A DNA stretch of 64,000 nt from NCBI GenBank assembly GCA_040954595.2, contig CM082578.2, forward strand, positions 9,223,519-9,287,518. The letters are read 5' to 3'. The position numbers and the translations under genes were made by a program. The notes beneath the pieces were generated by a model, which saw only the letters and a program-made list of their open reading frames with translations, made no database searches and was not told the origin of the DNA. This document shows, piece by piece, positions 44,001-54,727 of the stretch. Source of the DNA: Balanoglossus misakiensis. Its lineage: Eukaryota > Animalia > Hemichordata. Numbering within the stretch: position 1 is the stretch's first letter; every line of letters starts with the position of its first letter.

Positions 44001-47000
44001 GCATTTCGCGGTACTGTGCCTGCTTCAATTTTTGCTTCAAGTCATTAAACAAATATTCAATAGGGTTAATATCCGGTGAGTAGGCTGGAGTAAAAATATA
44101 TTCTGCTCCTATATTGTCAAGCGATGTGGCCAGAGCTCTGCCACCTTCATTATGATGAACGGCGCAATTGTCAACAACAATTACATCCCCAGCTTCAATC
44201 GCTGGTTCGCCGTTAGCTGCCGTTGCCTCTATCGCTCCACCAAAGAAATCCAAATATGTTTCTGTATTTGAAGCTCCCTGGATAATGCTGGCATGGCAAA
44301 TTCCTTGGAAACTGATCAGCAAGTTCAAAGTTACATTTGGCCGTTTTGCGTAACGCTGAATCTCGATACACCGCTCTCCAATGGGTGCGTGCCCATACTT
44401 TCTATTTCCGACAGCAGGGACAGTTATTCCACATTCATCCATGAACTTTACTTTGAAGGGATTGGAATTGAATAGAAAATCGATATAGCCTTGGGTGTAA
44501 ATCATATTTCTTTCATTGAATCTTTCTCTGGCCGGGGTTACCATTTTTTTCCGTGTCCACTTTCCGTCTGTCAATCGTGTAGTAACTGCACGCTGCACGG
44601 TACTCAATGACACTTCAACGCCAGCATTCTCGGCTAATTTGCGTTGTATCACCTCATAGGTCATTGATGGGTGCTCTCGTTTCAGTCCTTCAATGTATTG
44701 TAAATCTGTTCTGTTTAATACAGCTTTGCGACCACAGTATTCAGACTTTTCTCTGGGTGTAATATTGCCATCATTCTCCACGTACGTTTTCCAAAGCCTC
44801 GACACAGTACTTTTGTTCAATCTGAATTTGCCGGCAACTGACGAAAGCGCACCGCGCGGCAAGTCTCCGCCTACTTGCAGTTCTTTCAAATCGGTGATAA
44901 TCATGCTTCTCAAATCGTCACTTACTTGAATACCACGGCGATATTCTCGACCAGAGAAAGAAGTTCGCTTCATTTTACTTCATTTAGCTGGAGAACATTG
45001 ACCACAACTTCCCTCACACAAAAAACATGAACTCCGCGCGGACAATGTAGTATAAAACCATCGGAGTGGGGTGGGTCACATTAGAATTATATTGTATTTT
45101 ATTTTACTGATTTATAAGGCTGGCTTATAAACGCGGGTATCGACCAACATGCTAATAGTTGTATGAAAATATTTACCAAATGAAAAATTAAAATCAGTCA
45201 AACCTTCAGGTTTGAATCGTATTCCAGTAAATCCGTTCAGGGCAACTGCATTTGCCCTCCTTCGCTACGAATGGAACAGCCTAACTTCAACTGCGCAATT
45301 GGGATGGGGGTCGCCTCTTTGTCTACTAAATTGTGACGTTGTTACAATTTTAGAGATAACGTGTCGGCCCCTCAAAGAAAGCCGGTGGCCCCCTCAAAGA
45401 AAGCCGGTGTTGCTAGTTTGGCATTTGGTGCTAGTAAAAAGAATTCTGTAGTAAAATCCCAACAACCTCAAAAACATAACAAAGGTTGGCCCTGGTTTAG
45501 CATTCACGCAGAACAAAGCTTAGCAGAACAATCAAATTGAACAAGGGCACCAAGTTTCTAATACTGTGTAGTATTCCTATATTGGAATTTAAGGGACACA
45601 AGTGACTTCGTAAGGTCAAAACATGACTGTTTAAGAAAACAGCGCTCATTATTTAACAGAGAAACATTACTTTTTTCTTGTATAAATTTCGGTCTGAATT
45701 TTAAAATTTCTCTTTTTTCAGCTCCCGCCATTACCAACTAAACCCGGTGTATCAGCGTCGGGCGCGGAAGCCAAATCAAAGAAGCAACTGGGGAACAGTA
45801 GTAAAAACCTCCTCGGGGATGAATTTCACAAAGACTGTCGGAGTCTGGAGAAGTACCTGCAGTTGGTTCTGAGACATGAGTTGCTAGGCAAGGATGGAGC
45901 TCTGGGGAAGTTTCTTCTGGACAGAGATGTGAGTGTCTCCGCGTTTGATCAGTCGGTTCTTGGCAAGTGTGGACAGACCTCATTTGTCTGCTGGCTCAGT
46001 TAGATGAACATAATAATGTGCAAGTTGTGTCCCCATGGGTTTTACCAGAATCAATGATTGTAAGATGTTTGAAATTAAAAATAGTATCACATAGATTTGA
46101 CAAACAGGATATCACTGACTTTGAAGTTATGAACGAAAAAACTTGCCTGACATCACAGATACTTTCCCAATGTTACCTTCTGTGTTCACAAGGCAACATC
46201 ATTCTACACTCTGTGCTCTCACAATATGTTGGTTTGTATCTCCCATTTCGTATATATGCATGTGTACTATGTGTGTATGAATCCACTGAAAAAAAAACTT
46301 GAGAACTACTGCATGTACATTATATCGCTTTTTGTATTTGACTTGATATATATCATACTTGAATGCAACATTTCTGATCATATGGGAGCACAGTGTCCCT
46401 GACGATATATATTTTTTTCTTTAACTTTGCAGGCACCCACTAGAGCCAAGTTGAAAAAGAACATCCTGAGTAATCTTTCCAAAGCCATGGGTGAGGCAAG
46501 GAAAGGAGGTCACAAAGACATTGATGACACATTCCAGAGAGAACGTGAGAATTGCAATGACAAGGTGGTGTTGATGAAGGAATCTAGTGAAAACTTTAAC
46601 AAAATGGTTTATATTCAAATAAGTAAGTAAACAGTTTGGGTTCTCCAGACTAAAGTCAAGATGGTAGAATGCTTGTTATGGTCCTTGTTGTGTCTGGGTT
46701 TGAGGGATGTTTACAAACATCAGTTACTTATATTTAGGAGTGTTCTGTCTCTAAATGTGACTCTCTCTCTCTGTTCTTTTTCCTTCCTCAGGGTTAGAAG
46801 GAGCATATTCACACTTGTCCACAACACTCAATCTTGGAGGGGGTATACTAGAAGGTCCAAATGCAACAGCAAATAAGTAAGTACAATGTAGACATTGCAT
46901 GCCACCTGTCTTATATCTGTGTGAAATTGTGCCGATGCTCTCTGAACCACACTTTGTAAGATCTGATCTCACGGAAAATTCTGCCACACAACGTTTTGTG

Positions 47001-48300
47001 TAAATTGCACATTTACAGCATGTTAGTGAAGTTTTCACATGCACTGGACGACTACAAGCAGGGCATTGCCGTGTTTGCGGCCAACGACGAAAACACGCTG
47101 GGATTCAATCTGGACCTCTATGCAAGGTATCAAGAGGCTGAAAAAGTGAGTATGTTAAGTTTGCGCTGTCTCCTGGTGGAGCTAGGTACAGTTTGTGTTC
47201 TTTCTCCTGGGGATTTTTTTGGTGTTGCATAATATTGGAAGGAAAAGTGACATGGATTATGTCAATTTTGGCTGTTATTGTCCATGTTTGAAGAAATACA
47301 TCTCTGTTCCTGAATAGCTCTCAGCAATTACATGTTTATGTATGGCCAGGTGTGAACAGTGTACATCTGTGTATTGTCTGAGAGAAATTTCTAATTGTAC
47401 CAGTTCAGCTTATTTCAGCTTTTGTGGACACACAATGAGATCCAGAAAACGTCTCATCGCGCTCTGATTCCACACTTTTCAGGAGATGCTTTACCGGAGG
47501 ACATGCAAAATGATTGATTTAGAAACTGCTACCAAGAATCTGGAAAAAGCCAAACCACAGAAGAAGGATGCAGTGAGTATAGTCTGCTGATAATTGGTCG
47601 CTTTTGACAGGGGCATTCCCAGTCCACTTTGATGGTTGCATTTACTGTGAGTCTGTCATACTGCCCTCTTGTGTCACAAACATCAAGCATGGTATGTGAA
47701 CTTCTGCTTTTGTGATTACCAGTAGAGGGCAGTGTCACAGACAACATTGGCAAATTGCTTCATGTAGCTGTTCTTGTACAAGGAAAGGGAGAAAAAAATG
47801 TAGAAACAAAGGAGGCAAAATGAGTTTGTCATTGTTCAATTTGTTTTGTAATTGCTCTTTCCAGGCAGAAGACACCAAAAAGGATGCAGAAGCTGCTTTT
47901 GAAAAGATTTCTAATGTTGCAAAGAAAGAGGTAAGTGTAAAAGACTGATTGATAGAGATGGGGTGCCTATATTCATGTAGCTGTGATTCATTTTCACTTT
48001 TATGGCTGCATGTGTGCATTTCTATGAAGCCCACAAAAGCTCGACTCACGGCAACTGATTTTTTCCTGGTGAATATTTTTTCTGTTGTTCCTTCAGATTG
48101 TGACGTACCACAGAGAACGCGTCCTCGCTTTCCAGAAAGCTTTAATTCTGTACGCAGAAGCCAAAATCAAGACAGCCAGGGATACATACGCGCTGCTCGC
48201 ACGGGACCTGAAGAAGTTGAAAGAGATGGACTCCAGCACATCATCGGGCGAAAATCCACAAACATCTCCTGTAGTTTACACACCGTCAAGACCATTTTAA
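38064..48300 (+). CDS. SNX5/SNX6-like PX-BAR sorting nexin (divergent), 10 coding exons, ~399 aa
   Basis: Exons 38064-38066 (ATG only, inferred), 38879-39004 (or -39010), 41117-41218, 45722-45928, 46433-46622, 46792-46876, 47019-47145, 47483-47572, 47865-47930, 48097-48300; 1200 nt in frame. PX motifs VIREYEDFQWL and LPPLP, HKDIDDTFQRER linker, BAR-type C-terminus EKISNVAKKE..RVLAFQKALILYAE. Confidence 0.88.
41343..41668 (+). repeat. Left terminal inverted repeat (~326 bp)
   Basis: Reverse complement of 45105-45451; starts CTACAGAATTCTTTTTACTAGCACCAAATGCC. Confidence 0.95.
41862..42025. repeat. Subterminal degenerate direct repeats downstream of ORF2
   Basis: AAA(T/G)TTC(A/G)C..AGTCC core four times; longer unit AAAAA..TTCAC...GTCC.TTTGAAAAATCCAG...GAAAAAT.TTCG twice. 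Confidence 0.7.
42036..43619 (-). CDS. Transposon ORF2, function unknown (527 aa from the ATG at 43619; reading frame open to 43703)
   Basis: Uninterrupted 1.6-kb ORF inside the TIRs; PB1-like RLCFRNEENSWVDL, coiled coils flanking CSNCHQRGTGHHRGNCPNISCKSALQCGELESH, basic NLS-like clusters, Pro/Tyr-rich tail. ATG at 43619 has good Kozak context (ATCATGG). Confidence 0.85.
   Translation of the reverse strand: MAFSKPLESDVLEMVVHYEYYGNERCTPLDIDVADVVNLGEFGLTSFIGSKISYIGRMSCVRLCFRNEENSWVDLNENSFPRLLRYARRSSTSDVATLHIRVVDGASPHDKRYSGDITTSDRHAPRVRDTSDSSRRGLAFESVKPSSKRVRLDDVSVNSDDSFVYKSPMEVDIDLKTTEMNAKKVEYEEYAERYRCLKGKLMPAVPIDKRKRICSNCHQRGTGHHRGNCPNISCKSALQCGELESHRGEQQELNDAAHLMDKSERELKRAELELEGKIKAFDRINSTFEKRIEPFVIRSDKDKYLIDAIGRRKRNLELQADIALLKKHFNGKLPGDLDVACHSFQGIINAQSLLKTAETAIRKPKKSAVDLLMESNPTRYKLQEANKAPACAAANTATSNAVSLSHVDPETESAPISDNSGQYANVRPNAGIPGNAVADNSVRFPYYYHQYGNPFNTYLPYGFNTPPPPPPQYSPTLPGYYSPLYTQSQFVPSYTVNTGDVNTATDTAAAATGFATNLSPTAPTDMP
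43900..44973 (-). CDS. DD37E transposase (IS630/Tc1/mariner, DDE_3-type) with N-terminal paired-like HTH domains, 357 aa
   Basis: HTH SSVAGKFRLNKSTVSRLWK, GRK linker, second HTH EVSLSTVQRAV; catalytic FMDECG, VVDNCAVHH and YSPDINPIE with 37 residues between the second D and E; IS630-like YGHAPIGER. Confidence 0.95.
   Translation of the reverse strand: MKRTSFSGREYRRGIQVSDDLRSMIITDLKELQVGGDLPRGALSSVAGKFRLNKSTVSRLWKTYVENDGNITPREKSEYCGRKAVLNRTDLQYIEGLKREHPSMTYEVIQRKLAENAGVEVSLSTVQRAVTTRLTDGKWTRKKMVTPARERFNERNMIYTQGYIDFLFNSNPFKVKFMDECGITVPAVGNRKYGHAPIGERCIEIQRYAKRPNVTLNLLISFQGICHASIIQGASNTETYLDFFGGAIEATAANGEPAIEAGDVIVVDNCAVHHNEGGRALATSLDNIGAEYIFTPAYSPDINPIEYLFNDLKQKLKQAQYREMLYYNLEYAVYHCLQTITTADCVGFYTTVGIFRI
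45105..45451 (-). repeat. Right terminal inverted repeat (~347 bp)
   Basis: Matches left TIR with about three substitutions in the inner part plus a rearranged/duplicated ~21-bp segment at 45366-45409. Confidence 0.95.
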
Positions 48301-48370
48301 TGCAAGATTACATCTTTTTTAACAGTACGGGCCATTCCAAAATTGGCGACACCATAAATGCTCCTTTTAA

Positions 48371-48455
48371 CCCTTTCACCACCATGGCTCAGTCCAAACC
48401 CATCGTTTTCTGTGGTAGGGTTGGACCTCTAAAGATGCAACTGGGGGAGAAAGGG
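48371..48455. mobile_element. Tiny piggyBac-type MITE in SNX 3' UTR
   Basis: TTAA|CCCTTTC ... GAAAGGG|TTAA: CCC/GGG termini with TTAA on both sides. Confidence 0.7.
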
Positions 48456-50306
48456 TTAATATATGATATAAATGACCCAGACTGTTACAGTATGTTGTTA
48501 GGAGGTGAAGCAAAATCTAATGCATAATCTTTCAACACTGGCCCTCACCTTTTTTAGTGGGGCACCTTTTGAATGCATTTCACACACGGCCAGTTACTTA
48601 CTATTGCGTCCCATTGTATAGGGTGCATATTCCACATGCTCAAGCTCAAACAGCTGTTCCTTTTTAGAGAGTGTACTCCCCAGAGAGAAATTACATAGAT
48701 TTTCTCGCCTCCTTTTCAGTGGTAAGTCTAGTCTCGCTTACCCCCAGACCCAAAATGTGGCTACCGAGATGACCCCCCCCCCCCCCCTCCTCCTCAGTTC
48801 CCATATGTAGGTGTGGGAAAAGTCAATTGAAAAATCTCTGAGCTTGGTTGCCATCTGGTTGACCCCGACAACATTGCAATAGCATGGCGCAACATGCAAA
48901 AGGTAGATTTTTATTTGTTGTTGTTTTTCATACTTAGGTTTATTTGTATCAACAATATACTTGGGGTTGATAAAGTAATGTTATTATACAATGTACATGT
49001 ACATGTAATATAAAAATACACCACTCGTCAGACATACCCAGACTGCAGTTGGATGCACCGTTTTTCTCGTAAATTTTCCTATGCAATGGTCCCGGATCCA
49101 TTTTCCACAAAGGGTAGCCTTTTTGGGGGTCTAAGTAACAGAGGCTATGATTGGCTTGGCAAGGCAAGGGACAAAGAGGAAAGCCAGCGAATGCCAGTGT
49201 GGGATTTTTGTAAGTTCAATTAGTGAGCAATATACATGACATTTAAAGTTGCCGGAATTTTACATTTAGGGGTGAACAAATCAACTACTCTGGGCTCTAG
49301 GGGCTAGTCGTTTTGTGACTGACTAGAAGTGTTTTATTGCACGACTAGCCCAACGTACCTTACTTATTTTACTTCAACACTCACACTGAACTTGGGGCGT
49401 AGCTGAATCTGAGGCATGGCTAGTGTTGTTTTTGTTTGCTATCAGCCCTCGGCGCGCTAGTTGGTGCTTTTGCTAAGGTTGGGGGGAACTGTGGTAAACG
49501 AGTTGGGAACCCTGGTTATTCTCACGCAACCCAATACAGTGACATCAAGAGGAGCCGTGTTGACATTTGCCGACTGCTAGTGGACCGGAAAAGGATATTA
49601 TATTAACCCCTTCACATTAGTAGAAGAAATTGGTGTCTGACCAGATTGAACTGAAATATTGATGACTAACAACAATAAGCAACTTACTGAATGATTGGAG
49701 ATGAATATTTAGGAAAATATATATTACTATTATTTACTGCACGTCATTTTTCAAATTAAAAATAAAATACTTATGATCAGCCATAGTTTTTGAAAGAAAT
49801 GAATGACACAATCCTTGTAAAATTATGTGAAGTAAATTAAGAACGTATATTTTGTAGAATTTTAAATACCAGTAGTGGAATAGGGCAGACAGAGCCTGTG
49901 GAAAACAGTGCAATGGGGTCAACAAATTGCTCAAAAAATAGTCGTGATTGGTCCAAGTTTATATCCAAAGAGAAAAAATAGAATCACTTTTGAGGAAGTC
50001 ATATATCTTAGGTTAATATCAATTCTCATTACATCCTCCAGGAAAAAAGTAAAAGTTGATTGGAAAATATATACATGTATAAAGGAAAAAACAAGGAAAT
50101 GAAATATCGCTGGGTGGTCCATCAGAAACTTGCTCAGATGAAGGTTCTTTAGTAGCTGATGTTTACCATTGTCAGTACCTGTACATGGTGTTTCTTGAGT
50201 TTCATGGACAGATAATGCAGACTCATTTTTCAGATGCAATAAATGTTAAAATTGTTATTATTTATGAGATTTCCAGGTATGTGGCATACCTTGTTTTTAA
50301 CCTTAA

Positions 50307-50646
50307 AGCCCCAATAGCTGCCACTTTCAGCATATTTTTAATCGATAAAATACTTCAATCTTCTCCTTATCCTAAGTCTACCGACATTGTTTTTAATTTG
50401 TGGAGATTCTAATGCATGGGTGTGCATACCACAACAGTTTTGTACTCTTGCAATGGGCGGCTGAATAAATGGGTGAGGCACCCATTTATTATTTAACTTG
50501 TTTATATTTACATGTGCAGACACAATCAGAGGTTGATAATATATTTGTATCATACCAATCACTCAGCTCATTGAAATATGGACCACTCTAACTTTGAAAG
50601 TACCGGTAATCGTCAAAATAATGCAAATATGGCAGCTGTTGGGGCT
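50307..50646. mobile_element. Kolobok-type MITE (TTAA target, RR..YY termini)
   Basis: TTAA|AGCCCCAATAGCTGCCA ... TGGCAGCTGTTGGGGCT|TGAA: 17-bp TIR with one mismatch, right target copy degenerate. Confidence 0.65.
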
Positions 50647-52944
50647 TGAAGTCTCTGTGAAATCGCTTGAGACAATTGCGTTAGTGTTATGTAAATTGCA
50701 ATACAGAGCTCAATTTTGGGGGGAAGTTGCACAGTACTACTTACCTGTATAAACCTGTGTGTGTACATTAGGAATACACACCTTCTGTTGTGTTTTAAAA
50801 GTTGTCTTGAAAGTGTACTTGGTCGTATCGACTAGTTGTCTGGGAGGAGATTGGTTTGGTAAAGGTTAGAATGTGTGTCAGTCTCCCGTTGTTCATATTG
50901 CTTTTACGTGCACATGCATACATGTACATGTACAGTGGTTTAATGTTGAATGTCTGTGTCACCAGTTTGCATTCTATTCCTGTATCCTGCTTTAAATTGT
51001 AGAGTTTCGTGTTTTTTCTCAATTGTGTTGGATAGGCATGCCTCAGATATTTGTGGCACATAATTATTTTCCGTTGGCAACACAACATGCAGTGTCCACC
51101 TGTTTTAAAATGATATTACTATCACTGCAAGTTGCCCGGCCACTGCGAACAAATCATCGTCAAAATGGAGTTAGTATCATTCAGTGCCTTTTTTTCTTCA
51201 AAGGGCAATAAATAAATAAACCAGTGAATGGTACCAGGCCTTTATTTGTTATACTTTGGCTCTGTACCTAGCGGTCAGATATGGAAGCTACAGTGACACT
51301 GTATACTGTGCTTCACCAGTCACCTCTAATTCACATACACCCATATATCCAAAGTGACAGAACTGTCACTGTTATGGTCCTTTCGGCAACTTCAGCAATA
51401 TTTTGTTATGAAATGTATTGGTACATGTCCTGTATGTAGACAGTATTTTTCAATGTAAATGACAGTTGTTCTTACAAGTGCAGCTTCTCAAGTACATGTA
51501 CACCAGGCATGGTTGATAATTTTGTATCGTTGGAGGACACGGTCCCTTCCCATCATGCACCATTCCAGTAACTTTTGGAAGCATGAAAGTAGACAGCTAC
51601 TGCGTAATAAGGTGCTCGCTGTAATGTAACAATTGCCAAAAAAAATGCATGAAAATTTCCTTAAAATCTTTGTACCCCCAAAGAGGGCTGTGGAATTCTC
51701 TCGTTAAATGTGTCTTCAGAATTGTTGAAATCTACTTTAAAAACACTGTGCCTTGTTTAATATTATTATTTTTTTTGTCATGTTCATTCTTCACAAGTGG
51801 AATTAGATGTCGGCAATAAATGTAGAAATGGAAAAAGAGAGACATGTTGGCATCTGTTTCCTTTATTACTTCAAAATGCTGTTTGAACAGAGGTTTCCAG
51901 AAAACTATTTACAAAATTTCAAGACTGCAGGCAAAGATGTAGAACATTTCAAAAATTAGTACTGTATGATGTACTGTTATAGTTCCCATATTATAACCCG
52001 ATCAATCTAACGACTTTTTTTCAATACAAATCCAGCAGTGTACAATACTCTCCTAATGCATCCACACACACAGTAAACAGCGATTCCAGGCAAGCAGCCA
52101 CCTGATCATTACATATTGAACTGTATTAAAATCATCGTCCAGCCAAAATCCTCACTGCATTCATAGAACTAATGCTATGCCATGCAGTATGACAATTCTG
52201 GAATCAGGTAAACACAGTCATGTAATAATAATATGTAGCCTGCTTTGTGTGGTATCTTTGCAGACACTTTAGTTTACTTGGTTTGACATGGTTTGGTTTG
52301 AGAGAGAATAGCAAAACTGCAGTCATATTGCCATAGTTTATTTGTCATTTAACTTTTCAGCCAATATTTCTTTCATATGCAATTTCGGGTCTAAAAACAA
52401 TCTCTCAATACACAGGACAAAGCTTCCTAATGTAATACGAACAAGTAGTTTAAAAATGTTACAGTCAAGTTAATTTTCAGATCATAAAATCACAATTTTT
52501 ACTGATAAATTGCCCACTGATTGTAGCATTTGCTGATTTAGGTCAGATCTGTGAGTGGATAGACTTGATTTGTAGACATCAACATACATGTAGCACACAA
52601 TTTTGTCTTTTCACATATCGTACATCCACTCTGGTGTGGTCCCAGTTCATGTTTTTCAAGATCCATTTTACTAAAATTTCCAAGACCAAAGCAATGCTGT
52701 TTGGTGATTAAAACCACTCTTGATCATCATCAGTATCCATGCAAAGTAAAACCCTGAGAGTTGAGTTTCCTTAATCGTTCATCTCCCTGCTGCAGAAAAG
52801 CCAGTGGAAAAACTTTGCAGTGATGTTGGGTATGTACGGCAGTACTGTATGTTGCATTCAGCAGCGAGGGTCCATGAGGTCGCTGTGGTTTGTGAGGTCA
52901 CAGTTGACAGTTCAAAGTTGAAGGAACCCTGGCGACGTTCATCA

Positions 52945-54727
52945 TCACCTGAAGGTTTCCCCCATGTCGTTCAGTATGTCGCCCGCAATCTGTTCATACG
53001 ATGTGTCGAGTGGTTCCCGCTTGTGCGGAATCAGAGGCTCCAGTCTCTGCAGTCGGTTCAACGGCCATATGATGTGCGATGCTTTGGCGTGGATTAAACC
53101 CATAGCTACCTAGGAGTGACCAGAAAAAAAAAGGTACAATACAGATGAGAACACAGTTTCCATATGGGTTAGCTCTGGGCTAGCCCAAGGTTGTCCATTT
53201 CACACCTCATTAGCATACACAGAACAAACAGTACACACCCAGCAAAATTCTGCCCTCGTCAAAAACCTGATACAAAAAAAAATCACAGGAAACCACTTAC
53301 TGGTCCAAAGAGGTTACTGTCCATGCTCTGACCATGGTGATCGCCTTCCACCCAGCAGTGACCCTGAGGAACTTTCACGTATCTGTTCTTGTAATGTAAC
53401 GTCCTGCAACGTTGGGAGAAAAGATTTCCAGAAACACATGAATGTGATACGTACTGCTCTCATGTGTCAACGCAGTTTCAGTGAATCTCAATTCAACTTT
53501 CAATTCAGCAATATACAGTTGTACAGTCTCAAATCAGATTGTACATGTGCAATCATGCAATCTCCATTAACAGCTGTCAATTTGAGGTAGGGATGCAGAA
53601 CTTTAGTTCCAGGCAGTAGGATAGGGAAGCAACAACTGTTACTGGCTACTGGGGCTCTTCTTGTGTGTTACCCCCCCCCCCCCTCCCCATCAGTGACCCA
53701 AGAAATTACCAGTATTAACATGGACTGTTACACTCACTTTACGGTATCTCCTTCCAGGCCAATAACTCGCTTGACCAGCCTTGTCCCAGGATCCCTTGGT
53801 GAACTGAAAAGACCAAAGGAATATGATGTTAACACCAACCATCCAAAGTCAAAGACTCAGTGTAGTATTTTTCCAAGTAAAATGCTAATGTGTATAAGTA
53901 TTTAAGTATTTATGAATTGTACTTTAAATGTACAGATTGGACCACGTGATGCAAGAAAAGACAAACTTACTCCAAAGCTACAATGTCTCCCCGTTGGATC
54001 TCATAGTTCCTGACTGACCAGCGATTCAAAAATATAATGTCACGAGCTCTGTTGATCCTTGGGTTCAATGCCGGCTGTGGAAAAATAATTGTGAAAGTCT
54101 TGCTATATTATTTCTGAAGTTCAAGTTGACATTGTAAAGGTAATGAAGCAACTCAACCTGTAATACAGAGCTGATTTTAAGCCTGTGCGGTTTTGAGCAG
54201 AGCCTGACGGGATATTGTTGTTGTTTTTTCAGGTTCTTCTTTAAGGTTGACTCCATTTTTGTGAGGTCAATAGTTCTAGGTTAAGTTGATGGTGAATCAC
54301 TGTGATGGTCAAGGATTCAGTGTTGACAACTGTTATAACAAGGACATCATCCATCCATAGAAATTGCCCATTTTGATTTAAATAATAAGTGTAGCCTCTA
54401 CGTGTGTAAATAGCCACATTTTCTCAACAGGTTCATGTTTACCAATAACTTTTGTCTATTATTAAACCACAAGAGGTGCGAGCTGAAAAGGGGGGGGGGG
54501 GGGCACAGGCTCATATGACTTTATCACAGAAAATATCGAGCATGACAGCAACGTGTACATTTCCGAACAGATTTTTGAGAACATAATACTTAATAGTATA
54601 CCTGCATCGACGCCCCTTCCACTTTGGCAACGTAGCCGACATGGTCCAGGAATGTTACGCTGACTGGCATCGCGAACATGAAGCCACTGGCGAAGGCAGT
54701 TGCAAAGCTTTTCCACGACCCCGCCAT
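52945..54727 (-). CDS. IMMP2L: Mitochondrial inner membrane protease subunit 2, 5 coding exons, ~187 aa
   Basis: Exons 54727-54602, 54074-53971, 53803-53738, 53403-53301, 53109-52945; 564 nt in frame. [20 protein letters not shown] (catalytic Ser), [11 protein letters not shown] (catalytic Lys), [24 protein letters not shown]. Confidence 0.95.

Larger units (their letters stand above)
41343..45451 (-). mobile_element. Two-ORF IS630/Tc1/mariner (DD37E) DNA transposon, apparently intact, in SNX intron 3
   Basis: Long TIRs 41343-41668 and 45105-45451, flanked by TA on both sides (41341-42, 45452-53); encloses transposase and a second large ORF, both antisense to the host gene. Confidence 0.95.
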
